In this document: positions 27,586-34,615 of the stretch, piece after piece
How positions within the stretch are numbered: the first letter of the stretch is position 1
How the letters are laid out: each line of letters starts with the position of its first letter
Source: a phage
Direction: 5' to 3' (one strand)
Length of the DNA: 64,000 nucleotides
Assembly (NCBI GenBank): GCA_017676145.1
Contig: GCA_017676145.1_3628.1
The notes under the pieces: generated by a model
Seen by the model: the letters and a program-made list of their open reading frames with translations, nothing else
What the model was told of the DNA's origin: nothing
Databases searched by the model: none
Program-made: the position numbers and the translations under genes

Positions 27586-28575
27586 ATGAATCTTGAAAAA
27601 TATTATACACCAGAAGAGTTAGAGCGCCTGCTCAAAAAATACAGACGCAAACAAAATAATGCACGGAAACGAGATATAGAGTTCAACCTGTCGTGGGAAG
27701 AATACCTCCTATTTGGTAAAAAACTTTTAGGAGAGGGGGTATGCGACTATACCCTTATACCTTTCGACATGCACACAGATGAAAACGGGCTGGGGAATCC
27801 TTTCTACCCATCTCTGGAGCGGATAGATGATGAAGGTCCTTACGCAATTGATAACTGTTGTGTGGTAGGATTGAGGTGTAACTCTCTGAAAGACTGCCTG
27901 GTAGATAAAAAGACCGCAATCTTGATTAAAGACAAAACTGATCGAAAAATTGTCCAGCAGATGATGCTCCACCTGAGCGAAGAGCGCATGGAGAAATTGA
28001 AAGGTGATTACACTTTTGAAGATTTCATCTTGCAATATGGGACGGAAGAGGATAAACTGGCACTCTTTGACGAAGAATGGGAGGAAGATATGTCACCAAT
28101 GCAGGATTTTAAAAACTTCATGGCTAACCGTGGAGCCAACAAGCACATTTCTGACATTGTAAACGAGCCTGCAGCAGAGGAGATTGAAGAAGTGGAGCAA
28201 CAGGCTTACGAAGAGGAAAAAGAGCCTCAAGGGGACGAAGAAGAGCTTACAGAAGAGGTTCCTGCACTGCCTGACGATGTTGAGATTGCCAAAGCTTACA
28301 CTTTCTATTGTCAGACGTTCTACGATGCAGGTATGAAAGTTGATCTGTCATTCAGTCAATTTAAGAGCACGTACATTCGAAAATGTTGTGCTTTAACTGG
28401 TGAGCGTCTCGGGGTCGGACTTAAACCACTATTAGTGACCGACTGGAATAAAGGTTTCACCAAGGGCAACTTTATGGTAGTATCTCCAATTATGGAGAAG
28501 GCTATGACAGACCTTATGAAGACCACTCGCATGACAATGACCGAGTTGGCTGGTATTTTCAAGCACGTTAAATAA
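27586..28575 (+). CDS. Protein with duplicated degenerate HNH-like module and acidic linker
   Basis: Two related segments (CDYTLIPFD...PSLERIDDEGPYAIDNCCVV and CALTGERLG...LLVTDWNKGFTKGNFMVV) flank an E/D-rich linker; the PSLERIDD...Y..DN motif echoes the 4875-5498 product; ATG at 27586 preferred over the TTG at 27520. Confidence 0.45.
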   Translation: MNLEKYYTPEELERLLKKYRRKQNNARKRDIEFNLSWEEYLLFGKKLLGEGVCDYTLIPFDMHTDENGLGNPFYPSLERIDDEGPYAIDNCCVVGLRCNSLKDCLVDKKTAILIKDKTDRKIVQQMMLHLSEERMEKLKGDYTFEDFILQYGTEEDKLALFDEEWEEDMSPMQDFKNFMANRGANKHISDIVNEPAAEEIEEVEQQAYEEEKEPQGDEEELTEEVPALPDDVEIAKAYTFYCQTFYDAGMKVDLSFSQFKSTYIRKCCALTGERLGVGLKPLLVTDWNKGFTKGNFMVVSPIMEKAMTDLMKTTRMTMTELAGIFKHVK

Positions 28576-28608
28576 TGACAGGGGCCAATGGCCCCTTCTG
28601 GAGTTTTA

Positions 28609-30069
28609 ATGGATAGCAGAAGTTCAGAAATCATTGCCGCACAAAAAGATGACGCCTTGCGAATGCTGCAGGCAGCACGCATGTATCTTCTTGAAAAGCT
28701 GCCGTTTTATGGCACACTGTTGTCAGGGTTGCAGTTCGTAGAAAACCACACATGGTGCTCCACTATGGCAACAGACCATAAACGCATTTATTACAGCCCT
28801 GAGTTCATTATGGGGTTGGCGGATGAGCGCAAAACCATTCTTAAAGCATCTTTGACTGACAAGCAGTTTGAGATGGCTGAGGTTTTCTATTCCCCAAAAT
28901 CTGTGAAAGAGGTGGCATTTCTTCTATCGCATGAGGTGGGGCATATTATCTGTGATCATCTGGTCCGTGGCAAAAGTTTTGAGCCGGAGCTGTTCAATAT
29001 TGCCTGTGATCATGTTATCAACACAGGTCTTGTGGTTGACTTTAGCAAGCCTCCTTGTGTTTTCTTCCCGAAGGGGAAAAGCACTACGTTTGTAAAAGGT
29101 AAGCCTTTTGGCTTCTTAGCTAGTTGCTACTGTGACATGAGGTTCCATGGATGGATTGCTGAGAACGTCTATGCGGTTCTTGATAAGCAAAGAGATCAGA
29201 ATAGCGGTAAAAGTAAGAACGGTAAAGGCGAGAGCTCTCAAGGAGATAAACGACAAACCGATGATCACATGAGTGGTAACGGTGGCACTAGCGATGATCT
29301 TGGAAAGGCGATGGGGTATGATCAGCCACAACCAGTGATCAGTCAATCTGATAAAGATCAAGCCATGCAGGACTCTGGTGACATGTTGGAAGCAGCAATG
29401 CAGGCTTCCGGAGGTCGTTGCCCTGAGGCTGTGCGTGAGTTTGTCAAGAACAGAGGTAAGCCTGTAATCAATTATATAGACATCATTAAGCAACGTATGC
29501 TGTCTAAACGAAAGGCTGAACTAACCTATAGAAAACCCGGTCGCCGATCTGGGTCTTTGACCAGCACAATGCGAAAAGTTGGGGCTATAAACAAGAATCA
29601 GCACGTTGTTGTTCCAGGTCGTAATCCGGAAAACACTATAGATATTGTGGTGGCTCTAGACGTTTCTGGATCGATCTCCCAAAGAACTTTAAAGAAAATG
29701 TTCAATGAGATCACTGGGTTGTGCAATCTGTATAAAGAGTTCAAGGTTACGATGTTCTGCTGGTCAACCGAGGTTGGAGAGGTTAAAGTATACACTCGTG
29801 GGAACATCGACGAGATGATCAACTATGAGGTCCACTCAACATGGGGAACAACAGCCGCTTGCGTGTTCGAGTATCTGGACGCTAACATACCAAATGCAAA
29901 AGATGTCATCGTCCTGACCGACCTATACTTTGAGCATAACTTTGAACAAAAGGCTGTTGACAACAAGTGGAAAAAGTACGATACTCTATGGGTCCTCACT
30001 GAAGGGTATAATAAAAATTATATCCCGAGCTTTGGGAAAACTGTGGAATTAATCGAGTACGCTAAGTAA
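28609..30069 (+). CDS. vWA-domain protein with N-terminal HExxH metallopeptidase-like domain
   Basis: HExxH zinc-binding motif LSHEVGHIICDH; C-terminal vWA MIDAS motif VVALDVSGSIS; ATG at 28609 with GGAG RBS preferred over the track start at 28588. Confidence 0.7.
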   Translation: MDSRSSEIIAAQKDDALRMLQAARMYLLEKLPFYGTLLSGLQFVENHTWCSTMATDHKRIYYSPEFIMGLADERKTILKASLTDKQFEMAEVFYSPKSVKEVAFLLSHEVGHIICDHLVRGKSFEPELFNIACDHVINTGLVVDFSKPPCVFFPKGKSTTFVKGKPFGFLASCYCDMRFHGWIAENVYAVLDKQRDQNSGKSKNGKGESSQGDKRQTDDHMSGNGGTSDDLGKAMGYDQPQPVISQSDKDQAMQDSGDMLEAAMQASGGRCPEAVREFVKNRGKPVINYIDIIKQRMLSKRKAELTYRKPGRRSGSLTSTMRKVGAINKNQHVVVPGRNPENTIDIVVALDVSGSISQRTLKKMFNEITGLCNLYKEFKVTMFCWSTEVGEVKVYTRGNIDEMINYEVHSTWGTTAACVFEYLDANIPNAKDVIVLTDLYFEHNFEQKAVDNKWKKYDTLWVLTEGYNKNYIPSFGKTVELIEYAK

Positions 30070-30084
30070 GAGAGGGGGTTATTT

Positions 30085-30348
30085 ATGGCAACAGAGTTAA
30101 AATTTGCATCAAACCGTAAAACTAAGAAATATCTGTCCTCAGTGGCTCCAGGCACTGTGGTGATGTTTGTTGATGAACTTGGGGATGTGAATACAGCACT
30201 TGTTGTAAAATCACATCCTGCAAACATATATGTTGGGGTATTTGACCTGTTCAGAAAAGTGTTTGTAGAACTACCCCACAGTTTAGTTGTTACAGAAATG
30301 GATGCCTGCATAGAAATTCTTGGCGAAGTTATGGTGGAGGAACAATAA
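30085..30348 (+). CDS. Hypothetical protein, tandem paralog 1 of 4
   Basis: 87 aa; GAGGGGG RBS; same length and K-rich N-terminus as the next two copies. Confidence 0.6.
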   Translation: MATELKFASNRKTKKYLSSVAPGTVVMFVDELGDVNTALVVKSHPANIYVGVFDLFRKVFVELPHSLVVTEMDACIEILGEVMVEEQ

Positions 30349-30611
30349 TGGCTACTAGCATTGTATTCAATTCTAAGGTGAAGAACAAAAAGCGTGCAGA
30401 CAGCTTTCCGTGTGGGACCGTGGTAAGTTGCGACGGAGACGGCATTCAAAACATAGTTATGATTGTCAAAACAGGAGAACATTGTGTGTGGGGGTTCGAT
30501 TTAGAAAATAATGAGTTGTACGATCTGCCACCAAACATGAAAGTTACAGAGCTTGACACCAAAATTACCATCCTTGGAGAGACAAGCTATTCAAAAGAAG
30601 GAGGAGAATAA
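30348..30611 (+). CDS. Hypothetical protein, tandem paralog 2 of 4
   Basis: 87 aa; ATG overlaps the upstream stop (translational coupling). Confidence 0.6.
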   Translation: MATSIVFNSKVKNKKRADSFPCGTVVSCDGDGIQNIVMIVKTGEHCVWGFDLENNELYDLPPNMKVTELDTKITILGETSYSKEGGE

Positions 30612-30874
30612 TGACCACAAAAATCACTATCGCAGAACCGAAAGCTAACACTCAACCTATCGAAAAGTTTAAATGCGGGGAGGTGGTAACATTTACACCA
30701 GATAATGAAGATGCTAAGATTTTCGCCATGGTCACAGCTGAGTGGATGTGTGACAATACCACACAGGTTCTGCGTTTTGACACCTATCTTACAGATGAAA
30801 TCAGGAACGATAAGATCGTGACTGGTGTGGATACTGAGATTATTTTCTACAAGAGCTTTTTAGAGGGTTTCTGA
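30611..30874 (+). CDS. Hypothetical protein, tandem paralog 3 of 4
   Basis: 87 aa; ATG overlaps the upstream stop. Confidence 0.6.
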   Translation: MTTKITIAEPKANTQPIEKFKCGEVVTFTPDNEDAKIFAMVTAEWMCDNTTQVLRFDTYLTDEIRNDKIVTGVDTEIIFYKSFLEGF

Positions 30875-30875
30875 T

Positions 30876-31109
30876 ATGGCAAAAATTCGTAAATTATCCA
30901 GCAATCAAGTTGTGAAAGACTTTGAATCTGGAGAGATTCTGTATGTTCGTGATGCAGATGACGAAGGTGAAGATCTTGTTATGCTAGTAGGACACGCTGA
31001 AGACGGATGCATACAGGCTGTTTTTCTTGAAACAGCTATGGTGCACTGGATAGAGCTGGACCTGAAAGCACGAAAACCTAAAGCAGAGATCCTGATTTAC
31101 GAAGATTAA
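30876..31109 (+). CDS. Hypothetical protein, tandem paralog 4 of 4
   Basis: 77 aa; similar layout, acidic core DADDEGEDLVMLVGHAEDG. Confidence 0.55.
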   Translation: MAKIRKLSSNQVVKDFESGEILYVRDADDEGEDLVMLVGHAEDGCIQAVFLETAMVHWIELDLKARKPKAEILIYED

Positions 31110-31124
31110 CAAAAGGAGAGAGCC

Positions 31125-31574
31125 GTGTTGAGCAAACGTGAATGCGACAGCATCAGCCTGAATTCTTATAAAAAACAATGGTTTGGGGTAGAAGTTTGCC
31201 GACTGCGGCTAGGCTCCTACCTGAACTTCGTTTATTACGAGAGCGACAGTCGTATAGTTTCTTATGAAGTGTTCTACACTAAGAATACATTCGAACTACG
31301 CCGTAAAGTGGACGGAGGGAGAACTACCACCCAGAATAATTGGGAAACTATTCTGCCCCCGGATGTTATAGGTAGTCCCCTGAATGTATCTGAAGATGAA
31401 AATCTTATGGTTCATGCTATGATGGGACTTGACAGCTTAGAGCTGGCGATCTATGATATGTCCATCGAAGCAGTTAAGCTGGACTACATCGAAAACACTT
31501 TAGAGGAAGGTATCAAGAAGTTTCTCGGTGAGAAATTGAAAGCCCACTTTCATAAGGAGCTATATCTGTTATGA
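31125..31574 (+). CDS. Hypothetical protein
   Basis: 149 aa; GTG start preceded by AAGGAG. Confidence 0.5.
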   Translation: MLSKRECDSISLNSYKKQWFGVEVCRLRLGSYLNFVYYESDSRIVSYEVFYTKNTFELRRKVDGGRTTTQNNWETILPPDVIGSPLNVSEDENLMVHAMMGLDSLELAIYDMSIEAVKLDYIENTLEEGIKKFLGEKLKAHFHKELYLL

Positions 31575-31816
31575 AGACCCGTAAAGAACGTAACAAGATT
31601 TTACCTGGCGCTCTCGAACACATGATGAAGTGCAGATCTATCTGGCACTCTGCCAAGGAGGGGCAGCATGTGGTCGTGGTTAGTGATAATGCCAACCCAT
31701 TCGGTGATTATGTCACCATGATGACTCCATACATCCGCGACGGTGTTGTGGAAGTGGTTCCTTATAGCGGTCTGCATGAGAGGCATTTTGAGAGCACTTT
31801 GCTAGTGGAGCTATAA
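31571..31816 (+). CDS. Hypothetical protein
   Basis: 81-aa ORF; start overlaps the upstream stop. Confidence 0.45.
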   Translation: MKTRKERNKILPGALEHMMKCRSIWHSAKEGQHVVVVSDNANPFGDYVTMMTPYIRDGVVEVVPYSGLHERHFESTLLVEL

Positions 31817-31818
31817 TT

Positions 31819-32385
31819 ATGGCGGTCAATGTGTCTTACAACACAGGAAAGCTTGACAGGGACATTGGGTGTCTTGTCCTTTCAGATACAGAGGAGTATT
31901 GGGGTTATGGGTTGCTGTCAGACCCACACCCGAGCAATCTTGTATCAACAGTGCTATATCGCTACGACCCTGTGCCAACGGTACACGACAAAGATATTCA
32001 CGACCTTCGGATCAAGTGCCTGGAAGATCTTCTGAACAATGGCTGCAACGATCTGCAGGTAGCCAAGGAGAAGCTTACAAACATCCACAAGGAGGAGGTG
32101 ATGAGCACCCTCAGTAAGAGGTCAGTGCACAAAAAGATGATGCTGAACTTTGCAATGGGTATCTACATGGATGGGTATAAGGGTGGGGATCCGATCCTCA
32201 AGCTTCGCTGCCCAACACTGTGGGAAAGAGTGGTTGACAGTAAGGACGGTACTGCTCTTCTTGAGCTCCACACTTCGGGTTGGATATGGAAGTATGTGGA
32301 CGGATACCCTCTGTGGGCATGTGGAGCTGGCGAGTTTGTTGACAGACCTAGCGCGGTGGTGGACTTGCTATTGCAGTTTGAATAA
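31819..32385 (+). CDS. Hypothetical protein
   Basis: 188 aa; GGAG RBS. Confidence 0.5.
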   Translation: MAVNVSYNTGKLDRDIGCLVLSDTEEYWGYGLLSDPHPSNLVSTVLYRYDPVPTVHDKDIHDLRIKCLEDLLNNGCNDLQVAKEKLTNIHKEEVMSTLSKRSVHKKMMLNFAMGIYMDGYKGGDPILKLRCPTLWERVVDSKDGTALLELHTSGWIWKYVDGYPLWACGAGEFVDRPSAVVDLLLQFE

Positions 32386-32441
32386 AAGGTGAGTTATAAG
32401 GCATTTATACACTTATCAACAATACAACAGGAGAGACTGAG

Positions 32442-32717
32442 ATGACGAAAGAAGAGGCAGATGTATTAGACTTTGCATTAGAAGCTACGCAGGAGGCTTT
32501 GGTGTTGGCTTGGAAAATGAACCAGCGTGCTGCAGAATGCAACCGCCGCATCAATGAGATTCTAGGCATGTCTATGTATGATTTCACTATGCATGCTGGA
32601 GAGATTCCTGAATTAACTGCTGAGATGAATGATCTTGACAATAAAATTAATATCATTCTGAAGACAGCAGAAACAACTCACCAAACCGCCCGTAAATTTA
32701 TCAACGAGAAGGTGTGA
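32442..32717 (+). CDS. Hypothetical protein
   Basis: 91 aa; GGAGAG RBS; looks helical (judged by eye). Confidence 0.45.
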   Translation: MTKEEADVLDFALEATQEALVLAWKMNQRAAECNRRINEILGMSMYDFTMHAGEIPELTAEMNDLDNKINIILKTAETTHQTARKFINEKV

Positions 32718-33193
32718 ATATGGACTACAGCTACTGCGGAGAAGAAGTACCTTTTAACTACAGCAATCTCACCACGAGCAATCCATATGAGACTCGTCAC
32801 GGCACACACATCATTGCTATTGACTTTGATGGAACGTTTAATGCGAGCCCTTTCATCTTCTCCCGCCTTATTAAGGACCTGAAGAAGGAAGGGTGGACAG
32901 TCTATCTTGTGACTTTCCGATTCATAACTCAAGACAATGTGGACATCGAATACTGGCGCAAGGAGCTAGATGTTGGAGTGTTTTATACTGGAGGTGTTCA
33001 GAAGGCTGCTTATCTGGCTCAGTTTGATATCTACCCGGACATCTGGGTTGATGATTCTCCAGCTTGCATTCCAGCCAAGAATCAGCTAGAGTTTGCAATG
33101 AAGGAGATCAAGTATAAGTCTGACGCTAAACGTAACGGATGGCCCTTTATTATTGAAGATTACCCAGATCCTGAACCGGAGAAAGAGCCATGA
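32714..33193 (+). CDS. HAD-superfamily phosphatase (possibly a 5'(3')-deoxyribonucleotidase-like enzyme)
   Basis: HAD motif I IIAIDFDGTF (DxDGT); motif IV-like IWVDDSP; 159 aa. Confidence 0.55.
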   Translation: MNMDYSYCGEEVPFNYSNLTTSNPYETRHGTHIIAIDFDGTFNASPFIFSRLIKDLKKEGWTVYLVTFRFITQDNVDIEYWRKELDVGVFYTGGVQKAAYLAQFDIYPDIWVDDSPACIPAKNQLEFAMKEIKYKSDAKRNGWPFIIEDYPDPEPEKEP

Positions 33194-33360
33194 AACGAAG
33201 ATACCATTACTTGATGTGGAAGTTATATCAGGGTGCTGCTAAAACTTATCGCACCGTGTTTGGTAATGACAATCACTATATTGTGTTACACCTTGCCGCC
33301 ATTAAGCATCACAATGAGTGGATTCGTGCAATCGTAATAGGTGACAAAGACTTTAAGTAA
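33190..33360 (+). CDS. Small hypothetical protein (56 aa)
   Basis: ATGA overlap with the HAD gene stop (translational coupling); MKRRYHYLMWKLYQG...; not in the 60-aa ORF track. Confidence 0.3.
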   Translation: MKRRYHYLMWKLYQGAAKTYRTVFGNDNHYIVLHLAAIKHHNEWIRAIVIGDKDFK

Positions 33361-33411
33361 GGTATGCCTCAAAAACGTAATAGTGTGGATTTCTAAATGG
33401 AGACTGATTAA

Positions 33412-33792
33412 ATGTGCAAGTGTAAATCCTATAATTGGAAAGTGAAAGGTGCCAAGCATCAAAATGTTATCGTTGATGTGCCTAAAAAGCTCCGTGACGG
33501 CAAAAAACGTGTGTGCCTTGGTAAGTGCATGGCTAAACCTATCATGAGCTTGTGGGCAGCAGGATTGAAGACTCTAAACTGCTGCTGTGGTCATAACAAA
33601 GATGCTCCAAGCATCATTATCCCAGAGGATGCAGACCCTAAAGCTTATGCCAAAATACTGACTCGCTACCCCAGCACCTTTCTGATCGGAAAATGGTGTC
33701 ACGATGAACTTCAATGGTGGATAGCATACGGCAGCATAGGTACTGCTGTTGGCTTTCCAGCTTTGTCAGAGCGCTACGTCAAAGTGTCATAA
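33412..33792 (+). CDS. Cysteine-rich hypothetical protein
   Basis: 126 aa; MCKCK...CLGKC...NCCCGHN, likely metal-binding. Confidence 0.45.
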   Translation: MCKCKSYNWKVKGAKHQNVIVDVPKKLRDGKKRVCLGKCMAKPIMSLWAAGLKTLNCCCGHNKDAPSIIIPEDADPKAYAKILTRYPSTFLIGKWCHDELQWWIAYGSIGTAVGFPALSERYVKVS

Positions 33793-33894
33793 TCGATTTT
33801 AAGGCCTCAAACGAGGCCTGTGCCTTCATAAACTTCCTACCTATGTGCGATTACCCTTCTGAATAAAATACCCTCTCAAATTGCTTAAAATTAA

Positions 33895-33923
33895 GCTTGA
33901 CACTAACACCAGATTTATATATG
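33895..33923 (+). promoter_or_regulatory. Sigma70-like promoter (plus strand) TTGACA-N17-TATGAT
   Basis: TTGACA at 33895-33900, 17-bp spacer, TATGAT; follows the hairpin aggcctc-aaac-gaggcct (33802-33819); precedes GAGGAG RBS and the ATG at 33956. Confidence 0.4.
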
Positions 33924-33955
33924 ATTATCTCACCAACCCAACAGAGGAGATTGTC

Positions 33956-34363
33956 ATGGATAATCTTGCAAGTGTAAACGTAGAAATTGTTAAACTAAAG
34001 TTCTTGGGCTTTCGAGACCCTAATTCTCTAACAGCTATACTGATGGATACCCACTTCACACCGGGGAAAGAGTACACTGCCTTCCGTTATACTCACGGAG
34101 ATCACGAATCGGCCTATAGTGTGAATACAAACCTCGGTGAGGGATATTTCATCAGAGATATCACAGATCACTTGTGGGGTATGTGGGAATTGGTGGGAGA
34201 AGAGAATAAATCCCTTCCCAAAGAGATTTGGGTGCACACCTTCCACACAGGGAAGTTTGGTGGAACGGAGCATAAATCTATCCACTATGATGAAGGAAGT
34301 GCCATCAAGCAACAAGCTGTGCTTGGCGGATCTGTAGAAAAATTTGTTAAATGCGAGGACTGA
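33956..34363 (+). CDS. Hypothetical protein
   Basis: ATG at 33956 (MDNLASV...) with GAGGAG RBS, preferred over the track start at 33881. Confidence 0.5.
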   Translation: MDNLASVNVEIVKLKFLGFRDPNSLTAILMDTHFTPGKEYTAFRYTHGDHESAYSVNTNLGEGYFIRDITDHLWGMWELVGEENKSLPKEIWVHTFHTGKFGGTEHKSIHYDEGSAIKQQAVLGGSVEKFVKCED

Positions 34364-34366
34364 GAA

Positions 34367-34567
34367 ATGGCTGATTTTTGTAAAGATTGCTCTGAAGAGT
34401 TGTTTGGCTTTGACTGCAAAGATTTGGAAGGTCTGATCACTGAGGATCAGTGGAAGGAAGGCTATGCAGCACCTGTTATTTGTGAAGGTTGTGGCTATAC
34501 CTATGTTGACCATAAAGGTAAGCGCGTCAAGCCGTCTGAAGATGGGGCATGTTGGGAGTATTACTAA
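34367..34567 (+). CDS. Small zinc-ribbon protein
   Basis: 66 aa; CKDC...CEGCG. Confidence 0.45.
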   Translation: MADFCKDCSEELFGFDCKDLEGLITEDQWKEGYAAPVICEGCGYTYVDHKGKRVKPSEDGACWEYY

Positions 34568-34571
34568 CTAT

Positions 34572-34606
34572 AAAAAGAAAGGGGCCGTTTGGCCCCTTTT
34601 TTATTT
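34572..34606. terminator. Bidirectional rho-independent terminator between convergent plus and minus blocks
   Basis: Hairpin ggggcc-gttt-ggcccc (34581-34596) flanked by aaaaagaaa upstream and tttttt downstream; lies between the plus-strand stop (34567) and the minus-strand stop (34616). Confidence 0.8.
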
Positions 34607-34615
34607 ACCCCCTTG

